Source: Catajapyx aquilonaris
Lineage: Eukaryota
Assembly (NCBI GenBank): GCA_000934665.2
Contig: KZ538269.1
Coordinates: 62,001 to 92,443, forward strand
Length of the DNA stretch: 30,443 bases
Direction: 5' to 3'
The translations under genes and the position numbers were made by a program. A model generated the notes under the pieces. The model saw nothing but the letters and a program-made list of their open reading frames with translations, did no database searches and was not told the DNA's origin. Of the stretch, positions 1-11,789 are shown one piece after another; position 1 is the first letter of the stretch; every line of letters starts with the position of its first letter.

Positions 1-399
1 CTAGCCATCCAGATGGGGGAAAAAATATCTTATGACCTACACCAAACGAATGTGGACATAAACGATCTTGTTGTCTACATTACACGTTATGCGCGCACTA
101 TAATTTAAGCACAATTATTTTTATTAGAAAATAAGGGTTACGTACGTATGAGCAGTGCGTCGCATGCTAAGTGATAATGCGTGCTTAATGCGCCATAAAA
201 CCAAAAGGGTGATAGAATAATAAAAACGCATATGGTAAATGAGACAAACTCTGAGCCTGAAAAGAAGGGGGGGAAAAACTGGCTGAACAACAAAGGGGGC
301 GAAACCTAGGTCATATGAGCGACAAGTTTCTCGCCCGGCAGTTTGAATTTTTACAGCAGGTTACAACCGCGTAATTTGAACAGGATTGTTCAATTTTTT

Positions 400-820
400 T
401 GTGTTATACACACTCCGAAGCTTATCGAAAGGAAATGGCCTAGGTCAGAAGTCTGATTGGTGGAAGGGGCTAATAGTTACGCAGGGAGAATCTAGGATGC
501 CAGCCAGCTGGGGTCTCCCTCCCCCTAAAAAGGGCCCTAACCCACTGAGGGCACAATCCTCCATGGCCACCACCATCATCCAATACTAGGAAAACAGAAT
601 GAGCTAGGGGAACATGGAGGACCTTTCCAGCTGTGCTTGCCACACCAACCATACACACATTTCTTGGCTTCGGGCAACAAGCCGAAATCAGCCTTGGAGG
701 CATCTACCGAAAGGTTTGTGATCTGATCAAGCATGTTATTAAGTTCGGTTTGATTTGCTGCACCAGCAGGAGGGTTTAATATTGTGCTCAATTGTTGCCA
801 TGACAGAATTTTCACCAAGA
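400..820 (-). pseudogene. Degenerate RTE LINE RT segment (post-YADD)
   Basis: AANQTELNNMLDQITNLS...FGLLPEAKK (A.S..ELQ.ML..L...GL..N..K) is followed by FCF.SI.DDGG (F.YLGS..DGG). Confidence 0.5.
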
Positions 821-1549
821 ATCATCAATTGCATCAATTTTCCAAAACTGCGTCGCATCTCCTAAAAATGTCCACAGACTTCTGATGCTGCCAGTCTCTC
901 TATATTTATCGAAAGATGCAATGACACGGAAGCACATGATTACAGGCTGCACTCTTGATTAGTGAAAAACCTTTGGACTTTGGCCTTTGCAGCAGATTAA
1001 ATGTTCTATCATTCTCCAGCACGAGTTGTTTATCCTTCGTTGCATCCTTGCTTGCCCAATAGTCCTGGAAATTTCTTGCGCAAATATTTTTGCATGTGGC
1101 GGATGCAAGCTGTTGGATTCAAATTGTCTGGATGCATGCAGGTTCGCAATAATAAAATTCATAATCGCGCATAATAAGAACAAGTACCGCATCTTCACAT
1201 CCTGTGCCGTAAAGGCAGGCTGCGTATCCGAAAGTAATGTTACCCCGTAGGTCATAAAGCAATTACTCAACATAACACTTGCGTTTAATACACCGACCTA
1301 ATTTGAAACGGGGGGGGTAGAAACCGAAGCACGCACAGACCAAATTGAAACTGTCACTTTTATTTCAAATTACTGTACTCGAGAGAAATGATAAATGTCT
1401 CCCCTAGAAATGCCCCTTAAAGGAAAAGGTCGTAATTATACTCATAATCCCACCCAAGACTCAGCACTGGAACAGATCCCTCCCTTTACAAAAACGGAAT
1501 CGTCCTTTTCATTACCATTGTCTCTAATTCCTGGCTGGAAACAAGTTTC

Positions 1550-1893
1550 CTTTTCATTGCCACTGAATGTGGCTCCGGGTTCTTCTCTAATGAAACATAT
1601 CTGCTGCTACAATCTTCCCGTTGGGATCCTATTTTTGTGGAAATGTCCAAGCCACCAGAAATCCAGAAATCCGAGATCCTTATTAGCATGTGGAATGGAC
1701 CGTATATGAAGAGACGCATATGTGGTTGTTGGGAAGCGGACGTGACAACCCCAGGGGTCATTCATGACCTGGGATATAGAATCTTTGCTTCGTCTCATCC
1801 ACTAACAGCCCCCATTCATGTTTGAAGCAGGGAGGGGAAAAGGTCCCCACTTGAACCACCGAAAAGACGAAGAAGAAGTAGGAGGAGGAGCAG
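1550..1893 (+). pseudogene. Possible degenerate RTE LINE 3' end with GAA/GGA tail
   Basis: H*MWL..VL (RW.WLGHVL), PP...(R)P..MW.RTVYEE (PG.R..GRP..TWRRTVEEE), ending in gacgaagaagaagtaggaggaggag at ~1866-1890. Confidence 0.35.
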
Positions 1894-1964
1894 ACATAAG
1901 AAAAAGGAGCTTCAGGTTGGGCAAGACCAGGACCAGAACACCTTGAAACTCCCTAACCTAGGGG

Positions 1965-2220
1965 CTTCTTCTTCTTCTTCTTCTTCGTCTTCAATGACCT
2001 CGCCCCCCAGCAGACGCTTTGGGAAAATGTCATCTGATATTTCCCCGTCCCCATCTTTCGGTTCACACAGCTTGTGTGTCCATCTTGTTTGCTTCGTTGG
2101 TCCCGTCTCCTTACCACTGCTTCAAAAACCAGCACAAGAAGGGAGCTTTCTTTTCTCAGAATTTTCGCGATTGGGGTTCATGACCAGCCCTAATGGGTTA
2201 TATCCAGCACCTTGTGTTCC
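1965..2220 (-). pseudogene. Degenerate RTE LINE 3' end with (GAA)n tail
   Basis: AGH...EKRKLP..VLVFE...RRRDQRSKQ.RWT (W.GH...R.P..L...R.RGRP..RW) is followed by (GAA)7-9, seen as the CTT repeat at 1965-1992 on the plus strand. Confidence 0.45.
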
Positions 2221-3769
2221 AGGTATAAGCCGGCTTGCTCCCTGGTGACTTGTAGGAAAGTTGCAGCTGTCTAGGTTTTTTTCATGGTTAACATCAGGTC
2301 TGTAGGCGGCTATACAACATGGTGTGCAAGTCATGATAGCATATTACTCTACACCCTGCCCAGATTTTACATGGAAAAAGTGGGTGCTACAGACACTGAT
2401 AGCGAACAAAAAATTTCAACAGCAGTTGTGTACTGATAATAACGAATTTTTAGCGCCGATTATTATGCATTCATATGCATAAAAAGTGGTTCAGGTATGC
2501 AAATCGTCTTATCTTCATTCGGATGTCACATGCTCAGAACCAACGTGAATTTGTTTCCAGTTTAACGAAAGGCTGTCAAAAAATGGAATCAAATTACATA
2601 AAATTTGGAGCAGAAAAGTGACGTCCGACAAACAATTAGGACTTAATATTAATGCAAAAGGTGCATTTTTTGACATCACATATCCTGAAAGATGGACTCG
2701 GGAGTAGTGTACAGATTTTCAAACAGCTGTTTTGACAACGCCTTATTAGGCAGTCTAGTTATACTAGTATAAAGGATGTCACACTAAGCGTATCATTATT
2801 TATATGCTAACGGATGCATGGAATTAAGTGGATGTTGAAGCCATTTATAGTAGGGCTAACTACTATGGAAGGAACCTGAACATTTTACCTCGGTTTAACG
2901 AAGGTGTTCCAAATATCCCAGAAAATGAAACACGAGGCAGATAAATCCGAATGATATCACCAGTTTTTCCCCTCTTTTATTATAGGAAATAGTAGCTTTT
3001 AACCCTCCTTCCAGGTAAATACAAGAGAGCACGCATGTTTTTCCTCCTCCGAAAATATTGCGGTCATAACACCCACATGAACCGGCCATATCTTAGTATG
3101 CTGCCTAAAATTACTACCTTACGGTGTATAGAGTTATTAACATTTACAGCCTCAAATTAAAATCATCAGAGATCTATTAATTTTTACAACAACCCCAGCA
3201 TTTCAATACGGGGCGAGAGCGGAACGGAAACCAGGCTTAGGTGTATCATTATCTTTTTGTTTCTACCCTTCTTTTTCCTCAGGACCGAGTATATATTTAA
3301 CTCCACATTAGGACTAATTTGTCTCATGGGGGCGAGGGTGCGGATCATATATTTCGAAAATTAACGAGCGTCATGCAAAATGTGGCTTAGCTTTAGCTGA
3401 AGTTTACTAACTGTAAGTTTGATATCTCACCGACCATATATATGATCTGTATGGGGTTTGTTTTTCCTGGATCATTTGCATATGCAACATACACGTTCTT
3501 CCCCGCCTAGGAGCTATTTGAATATATCATTGCGAGAGAGTGAAGGACAAAAACGCGACGAGGAAAAACTGTGTCGCATGTAGATCAATTTTTCTAGGAC
3601 GCAAACACCGAGATAAAGTGGAACTCACACGTGTATCAAGATAGGCATTTCTTTACCATTCATCATTCGAAGTTCTCCATTTTTTTTGTTGATCCTGGTC
3701 GCATGTGAGGTCCTCGCAGACAATTTTTTGAAGGAGGAGAGGGGGATGGAGGGAAAATAAAAATTGGAA

Positions 3770-4660
3770 CTCAAATTACACAAGACGTGATCCCAAGGTT
3801 AAATTATCTCTTCCTGTCGGGAATTTTTGTCCCCTACAATTTTTTTTTCTTCCTTCGAGGCTGGGACAAAGTGGAGGCCCATTTCCTGCATGGCAGAACT
3901 TTTTGATGCATGGCAGTGATACACCTCATTAGTTTCTTCCCTCAAGTTACGGAACCTAATTTGACTATCACGTTTTTGGTAACACCTCACCGGCTACCCT
4001 TTTTCCATGTTTATGGGAATCGGCTCCCAACTTATCAACCAAGTGTGAACTTCCGAAATGGGGAAGGTTAAAAAAAAATATTATGTGTGTGGGGGACCTA
4101 CAAAACAATGGGTCCAAAGGCGCCATTTTGGACGCCATGACAGGCCCCATTGTCGCGCATGCGCGTCGAATGCGGCCGTTATGGCTGCAGGAAACACATC
4201 AAATCCCCACTCAAGGACTCATTAAGTCCCCAGCATGCGTTTTACTGCTATAATAAATAGAATAATTGGGAAAAAGGGGAAGGTGATGATGATCTCCGGT
4301 TTTACCACGGTATCATTGTACTTTTCCGGGAAGTCCCTTTTGGGGCTGGACTCCATTTTGGGAAAATCTAGGTCTGCCTGGGAGGCCTCGTAAAATGGGG
4401 CTTTTTCAGCAGCCCTCGCTTTGCCCCCCCTGTGTGGTGGATGGCCTTCTTCCTGTACCACAAAGAAGGACTCAACGGTGTCCCTGGCCACTCCGGAGGA
4501 CTACCAAAAGTCCCCAGTAGTGTGGGAATCTGCGGCAGAGTAGTTAGACAGTGTTTTTGTTTCCTGGACGTGTCCGGTTGTGGAAAAGTGTCCGTCAGGT
4601 TGGGTTGGGGAGGGAAGTGTGATATCGATATCATCATGTGTAGAAGGATTGTAAGTCAAT
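3770..4660 (-). pseudogene. Degenerate RTE LINE APE endonuclease, apparently interrupted at ~4075-4330
   Basis: HDDIDITLPSPTQPDG (Y.IDI.ALSETR..G), SSGVA, KAPFYEASQADLD..PKRD (K..FY..LQ..LD..PK.D), KLGADSH.TWK (VG.D...W), HFVPASK (HP.SK), WDHVL (SDH.L). Confidence 0.6.
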
Positions 4661-5115
4661 GAGGCATCTAGTGTCCCTCCCTCCTGTCACGCATTTTTGT
4701 TTTCGGGCCTTGGAAGAAGGGAAAAAAATTGTTCAAGTCTCCCCATTTTTCTGGCAGTTTCACGAAAACCAGTCATAAACTGGCTTATTCGGGTTTGACT
4801 CGGATTCAGCAGGCCAAATTGTCCATGGGAAGGGCACAAAAGGGGTTGTGGGGAAAAGTTGCCTTTTTTCGACTTTTGAGCTAAACTGGTGCTTCTCACA
4901 GGGGGTGAGAAGCAAGGCGGACATATGCAAAGCGCAATGTGTAGTGGTGGATATGCCCTTTTTAAAAGATTTCTGGATACAGTATATTGAATAACAAACC
5001 ATTCATTTTCGCTCTTACAAGATGCATTAATCTGCTGGCATTATTATTGCCATAAAACATACCATAAATTTGGTTACAACCCTTTCAACTATTGGTATAG
5101 TAAAAAAAGCTAAGC

Positions 5116-5205
5116 TAATGAACAGCTGTAGATAATGGCTGATGTAATTACTGTACTAGTGTTAGTACAATAATTACATCAGCCATTATCTACAGCTGTT
5201 CATTA
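5116..5205. repeat. Near-perfect 90-bp palindrome/hairpin (35 bp + 1 mismatch + 7 bp stem, GTGT loop); possible TA-flanked minimal MITE
   Basis: 5116-5150 pairs exactly with 5171-5205, and tgtacta (5152-5158) pairs with tagtaca (5163-5169). Confidence 0.85.
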
Positions 5206-7630
5206 CTTCTGATGCATTCACCTGAAAATGACCATAAGCCTTGTGGTCTCAATCCAAGTCAGAGCTTTCGAAAACCGGCTGGACAGGGTGGTTCAGTGAA
5301 TCCCTCCAAGATGCTGTCATATAACTTACAATTTCATGCTTTTCCAAGAGAGACCTCTAAGTGTATTCATGGCACATGTGCTGCAGATGGTCTAGATATT
5401 TGCGTTCAATTATCACTTCATCTGCAAGTGACAGCTCCTCACGTTACTCAAGTTATTGCAGTTGTATTATGCGCCAAAGTACTGAATGAAGTTTGGAGGA
5501 ATTAAATGAAGCATTTTGCATTAATTATTCCTCACCTGCTCAGGGCATTAGAGCCACATCACTTGTACTCGTGTATTTAAACAACTTTTTTCCAAAGTTT
5601 GGGGTGAAAAACTTGTTGACGTGGCTGTTTATGCCACCGGAGCTTACTCGATAGAAAAATTTATCTGCCCCTGTAACACGGGTTGCTCACGTGGAACATA
5701 GTAGGCTATATTTAAGATCTTGAAATCTCTACAATTATATTTTTTTCGTGCTTGTGGTGTGACTTATGTGAGAATTTCTGAGGCAATCTGGCGACGGGTC
5801 GCACAAGAGTATAGTTTTTTTTCAGATAGGTTATCTTGAAATTCCCTCCTTCAGTGAATAGAAAATGACAATAAAATGTTGAAGCCGAGGTTGTTTCTGT
5901 GCGTAGATGACTGAAATTATGTAGAATAGTGATATGACGATGATTCATTATTTTAAATGCTAATTGCCTGATTACACCACTGACTCTTCATCCGCAGGGA
6001 AAGATTGGTCTCAATTTCAAGAGGCTACTGTTCCGTGTTACAATAGTCAATATTTACGATAACAAGTTTCACCGATTGCATAAAATATGATTTAATCATT
6101 ATTAAACTTCCTAGAGAGAGATTAATTCTTAAAGAGTCCATATATACATTTCCAGTTTTGCCAGCTATAAAATTAACACAAGAAAAAAGTTCGAAAAATA
6201 GGCCTACTGCATAATCATAACCAGGAGAACGAGTGGCACATTACATGTTGAATATGTGCCATGTTTTTACTTTTATCCACTATTACCGATGCCAACGGTG
6301 CAATGTAACGTATAGAAGATTGTTTCATTTCATTTGGGGGGGGGGGGGGGGTNAGATTCCCAAAAGGTACAAAACTACAGTATGCCTTCATCGTCACAAT
6401 CATAGTGCCAAAGAGAATAACTGAAAATACCCTAGTTTATTCCTCCTGCAGTAGCCTATAGGACCAATAGAGCCAATAATCCATGTCAGTCCTAAAAGTC
6501 TTGAACTGAATTATTGTACTGATAACTCTTACGTGAAATTATTCAGTCGTTATGTAATGATATTCGTTGTGTATAAGAATACAAACTCATGCAGTTTAAC
6601 AGCCTACATCAATTATTATTATTTTATTACCTATACTATACTGCACATCTTATTTTGTTTCGCTTGCTGCGATTATTATCTTGCTTGTATCGTTGCTCGT
6701 ATTACCGCGTGGAGTTTTTTTTACAAACTTGTACTGTATAGCTTACGCGTACGTGTATACTGTGAAGTCCGGTAATTTAATGACTCTCTTCTCGCCCTTC
6801 CTGTAAAGTGCAGTGTAACATGTACAATTTGCGATCAAGTTTATGTGGTAAGAATGTCGCATCGACAAAGGTTTGAAAAGTAAGGATCTGTATTCTGTTG
6901 TTTCTTAAATTGCGCTTGTGATTAGATTCAGATGATTCTCGTAACTTATTTACACAAGTGCCAAGTATATCTTGAAATCAAAGGCTGCGTCTAATAAAAG
7001 CACAAAGTGGACAACAGCTGTCAAATGGCTACCGTTACACGTACAGGTCTATATGTTATAGCCTCTGAGACCTCTCGGATCCAGTAGTCGTTTCCAGAGA
7101 AATTCCTAACAATAGATACAGGTGTGCGTTGCAGGACGTACTAACTGCCTCTAATTTTGTCGCATGGGTGCACAAACAGCCCTCAATACCAAGAAGAGAT
7201 AATTGGCCCGAGAAGCAAAAAGGCAACAGATTGGCTGTCCGTTTGATCCTTATTTCATCACCGAACACTTCTGGTCATTACGGGCTTTCAGCTTTAATGA
7301 GGGAAGCATGAAGGCCACAAAGAATATTGCGCGTTTTCTTTTCCGCGGACAGAGGAATTGCGACTCTAGCAGCTATACGACATCAAGTACGAATTGTGAT
7401 TCTTTTGCACGGAATGCTTCAAATATAATTAAGTAGCGAAAATATCAGCATTCGCGCATTTCAAACCACAATAGGCTCACTACAATATGATACACACATC
7501 CGCTGAAATTATCCCGACATCGTCTGAAGAGAACCAGCATGACAAATGAGATCTAACATCACCCTGAGCGCAATTCAAAATGATGAAGTGCCCCCACATT
7601 TCTTGCCTGTTAGCATTTTTTGACACCTAG

Positions 7631-8400
7631 TTGGCCCCTCCTAAAAAGCCCACCTTCCACATGCTGCCGCTTCAGGTAAAAAAAAAATATGAAGAAATCG
7701 TGAGCGCCCCTGTCTCTATAAATACGCTGCGATTTGGATACAAATGGTCCCAAAAGAAGAGTTTCTTCATGCTCAAGACTGACCACAATCACGAGTCTTG
7801 GCAGCATAATAAATTAATAGCTCTATACACATCCGTGTAATCAGTTCTGTGCAGTAGCTTCAACTCTAGCGAGGTGAATACTAATGCCCACAATTTATTA
7901 TTTAATAAGCCTAATTATACCTCATCGGAAGTCCATATTTTTTGATGAAACCGTGCGATTCCCGGAAACGGCACCGCATAAATTAGTTCGTCCCCAAGTA
8001 AAAACCAGACCATTTGACACCCGGTCCTATATAAGAGGAGGGAATAACGGTCTATCTTCTGAAAAGGGGCAGCACTTCCGCCTGCATGGAAAAAGCAAGA
8101 GTCCACCTTTTTGGCAGCCAACAGCAGCATATACATCCACAGACTGGCTCTTCTTCTGCTGCACCTGGCTCTTGCAGCAGCAGGAGGAGCAAGCTTTTTG
8201 GTAGCAGGATCGACATGGTGGATCCGGAATCCGGATCCGGTCTGGCCAGGGTCGCTGGTGGCCAGCACGCGCCCGTGCTGTTGGTCACTCCAGGGTCTCC
8301 CCAACTCTTCTCTTTTTTTCCAGTATACATACATACACCGTACATATATATTCTAAAAGGGGGAACTGGCACAGGAGGAGATGGGGACATATGCAGCAGG
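7631..8400 (+). pseudogene. Degenerate Academ-like DNA transposon (XPG-like nuclease C-terminal region)
   Basis: FHM...INT-RCD (7725)...KKSFFMLK (H...HA.TGCD...GKK..F..L), followed by EKARVHLF...IHP.T-ALLLLHL.LA...FW*Q...PDPVWP (AR..LF...IPPT..AL..H..RA...W.Q...P.P..WGW). I associate this pattern with AcademX-type proteins. Confidence 0.45.
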
Positions 8401-8622
8401 CCCCTATTCACATAGACACCTGCTCTTTTGCATTCGGGACGACGGATTTTTACGACTTGAATATCCGAAGACGGAGATTTTTTGATTAGAGAGTTTGGGC
8501 TAAACAAATTACTCAATGGGGCGGATGGGTGGCCTCGATGCCGATAATTACAGAAGAATTCTAGCCTGATGAGGAAAGTTGCATATATTACAGTATGTTA
8601 AAATCCTTCGCTGTTTGTACGG

Positions 8623-9159
8623 CAGTAATATCTGTCTATGTTGGACACTGACGGTTCCGTTTAAAATGTCCAACATAGGGAAGTGTCCAACTTAAGCTTT
8701 CAATCTCTCGGGTTTCATAGTGCAGCACAGTAATGTATAGCACAATTCAAAGTAAGTACTGTACAGTATTATTGCAGTAATCAACTTCCAATGCATGATA
8801 ATGTATTTATTTTTGGTACACTCTACATATGCAATTCCTGGAACTAGTATACTTTTTGGTTTAAAAAATCTGTAACAATTTACCACCCTATCCTTAATTA
8901 GAGAAATTTCAATAATTCTCTCTCTGACAGCAAAAATTTTGAAAATAATATTGCGCTGCTAAAGTGACTCAGGCATGCTTCACAAAATGAATTCAGACCT
9001 CACCATGGTTCAATTTTAAAGGAAAAGCGAAACTGAACATAGAGTAAAATGTGAAAATTGTACTGTACGTGTCCAACTTAAGAGGGGGAAAGGAGTTCAA
9101 CTTCCAACATATAGGGAGGTGGCCAACTTATTAAGTGTTCAACTCCACAGGTTTCACTG
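8623..9159. mobile_element. Degenerate pogo/Tigger-type (Tc1-mariner) MITE
   Basis: The right end ACAGGTTTCACTG-TA is a typical pogo TIR plus TA. The left end CAGTAATATCTGTCTATGTTGGACAC is a decayed counterpart. The subterminal motif GTGTCCAACTTA/TCCAACAT repeats near both ends (~8668-8694, ~9069-9130). Confidence 0.55.
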
Positions 9160-9289
9160 TAAGCATTCTGGTTGGCCAGCCGCATATTGTTGCTACCGCG
9201 ACGCTTCCTATATTGACCCAGTTCTGCGCCTGCGCAATGGTGTGGAGGCAGCGTCTCTGGTGGGTGAAAGGGGGAACTATCAATACCCT

Positions 9290-9980
9290 AGAAAAATGCG
9301 AGCGAAGAGCGGGTTTTTCTATAGTCTTAGTATAATTATTTGGAAAAAAAAAACATTTGGCTTGATTTCTGGAAACTATCACTGCATGGCTGACCATCTA
9401 ATCAGCTCCATACTGTCAGCAGGGTCACGCAGCATTTACTTGGTGATTACCGGGAACCAGTGACTCATACGAACCGAAATTTTGACCCGGGCTCAACAGA
9501 GCTTCAACACAAAAATAATGAACGTAAATGGAAAACAAACTAACTCCGGGGGGGCTTTCATTTCGGTGCAGGAGGAGTCGAAAACACGCATGCAGGGGCG
9601 GACCACACGGTCTGACATGCACTTTTTGGTACCGCCTTTTTGAGCAGGGATTGGCACATATCGTGTAACACCTCTCATTATTCAGACCCACAGCTTAGAG
9701 GCAGAAAATTACATTGAAATTACACGAAAAAAAATTTTCGGATGCACCATCCTGTATGTGTCTATTTCTAATCTTTGTCGGCGTTATGTTGAGTCTTAGA
9801 GCAAAATGCCTGTGTTTCTGACACGCGAAGAGTCACTTGGCAAGTACGACCACATCTTATTCTGAGACCACAACTGCTGCGATCCTTTTTGAATGGCATG
9901 CTTTTGAACCCTGGAACATTCCGGAAATTCATCAGCTCTAAACTGGAGTTGATGCAACAAACAACATGAGGTTGACATGC
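9290..9980 (+). pseudogene. Degenerate CR1-type LINE reverse transcriptase
   Basis: IIWKKKTFGLISG...AGSRS...VITGNQ (L.KL..YGI.G...G..S...V.SGVPQ), A-E-E-S-K-like (ADD.K), DWHISCN (W.M.FN), FGCTI (LGVTI), ILRPQL...NP...KLELMQ (IRP.LEY..W.P...KLE.VQ). Confidence 0.55.
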
Positions 9981-11241
9981 GGTTGAAATCGGAGGACGTT
10001 TATGGCAGGATATTTTTTTAATATTTATAAACGGCCTATAAACATAATACGAACACAATTTTTAAAACGATAAAAGCCTGCATTATTCAGCGAATTAAGC
10101 GAGATTAATTGCCTCTGAATGACAATTATTTTACAGTATATGATTAGATATTCTTGTTTGTGGCTTGAGCGTCGCATACAAATTAAAACAGGTAGGCCTA
10201 CTTGTCATTTCATATACGCAGCATGCTAATTCTAATGACAGGTTTTCCACAACTGCTCAATTATCCAGGACTACCCATTAATTATTACATTACCTTTAAG
10301 TAACCGGCCATTAATTCAGCTTTTAATCAAAAGCTTTTAACGTATCTGGACATGCATTTTCAGAAAATGCTTTTACAGCAGGGAAGTGTATACTTATTGA
10401 AGGCAGATTGTTCCCTAAATTTTTGCTACTGCATGTTATGTATTGGAAGAAAGGTAAAGGCAATGTCTAACCGCCAGCACTCGAGCAAGGTGAAATATTT
10501 GAACATTTTCAAAGTGCAAAATGTGCAGTGTATTACATCTCAATACCATCCAGATTTTATGGTCTGTGGTGCATCTGACAGGTTGGGCACGGCGGTAAAT
10601 TGCATGAGAGTCGACAAGCAAGTCTTCACTTCTTAATAAACTGATCGCTGTCTCCTGATGGATCAAGATTCTTCACCAACGGGTGCACAGCGCAGATGTT
10701 TTCTTCCCTGTCAGGCGTTATCTTTACGGGCACATAAAAAGATAACCGCTCCTCTAAGTACATCTTGTGGCAGAACGGTCTGAAGAAAAAGGGTGCTGGG
10801 GAAGGTTGAAGAGGAAAAGATTTAATTGAGATGATGTCACTATTTTAGGCTCGGGGCGGCCCCCGTGTTCTGGAGGAATGTGCGAACCGGTTTGGCAGCA
10901 AACCCGCCATATTCGCACCTGGTATGGTGGGGTAAGAACCCAGATCTTTTTTTTTGCACATTAACTTCTGGCTAGGTAGCACACGTCAGGCTTCCGGACA
11001 TTTTTGCAGGCTTGACCCTTGACCTGGTGGTCCGATTTGGCAGCGATTCGTTGCGGGCTGGTTTCAATATTTCAAGTGCTAATGTTCCTCCCGGATGTTT
11101 AAGTCTCCGGATATTATCAATTTTTCAGCGCGGATGCGTGCGTGTAAACAATAATTCAAATGGTGTTGTCTATTTACGTCTCACGAACAGTGACGAAGGT
11201 AATAGAATGCGGTGTATGTCTATCCCTGGCGTGTTGCTTCT

Positions 11242-11265
11242 CCCCCCCCCCCNNNNNNNNCCCCC
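11242..11265. other. Poly-C run containing an 8-N assembly gap
   Basis: C11-N8-C5. A similar G16 followed by N occurs at 6336-6353, and C16 at 17866-17881. Confidence 0.95.
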
Positions 11266-11716
11266 AAACTTTTTCGCTGCTGTACAAATAGGACGCATTC
11301 TTTATTCTGGTTCTATGCCAGACCTGATAAGGTGCAATATATACCTGTGTAAAACATGCATGCTGAATAAACACCTGGCTATATACGATCCGCGTTGAAA
11401 AAACTTATTAGTGTAAACCAGACGCTAAAAGCAGACACAGTTTTTGCTGTTTTGACATTCAGAGCTCATGAAGTTGTTCGTATGCAAATTGTACACCCAT
11501 AGAAACTGATAATAAGTTTTACATATACCAATACCGCGTTCAGTTAGAAATCACTTAAAATTGATAAAAATCTAAAATTCAGGCGTGAGCAAATATTTTA
11601 AAATCGGCAAAATTTGTGAAGAAAATGTGCGGAAATCACTGCTACATCCAAGCTCCATAATTTGCCTAATTGGGCACAAACATGAGGTGAAAATTGCGCT
11701 CAAAATCACGTACAAT

Positions 11717-11778
<62 letters not shown>
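11717..11778 (+). repeat. (GTA)20 trinucleotide microsatellite
   Basis: Perfect GTA repeat of 62 bp; it explains the poly-Val ORF 11585..11800. Confidence 0.98.
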
Positions 11779-11789
11779 TCACGCATGCG

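Noticed and set aside
2345..2711. Possible MITE bounded by TACTCTACACCC / GGGAGTAGTGTA
   Set aside because: Only a short imperfect inverted match, compatible with chance.
8566..8578. CTGATGAG-GAAA hammerhead-like core
   Set aside because: There is no stem II between the core motifs and no supporting helices.
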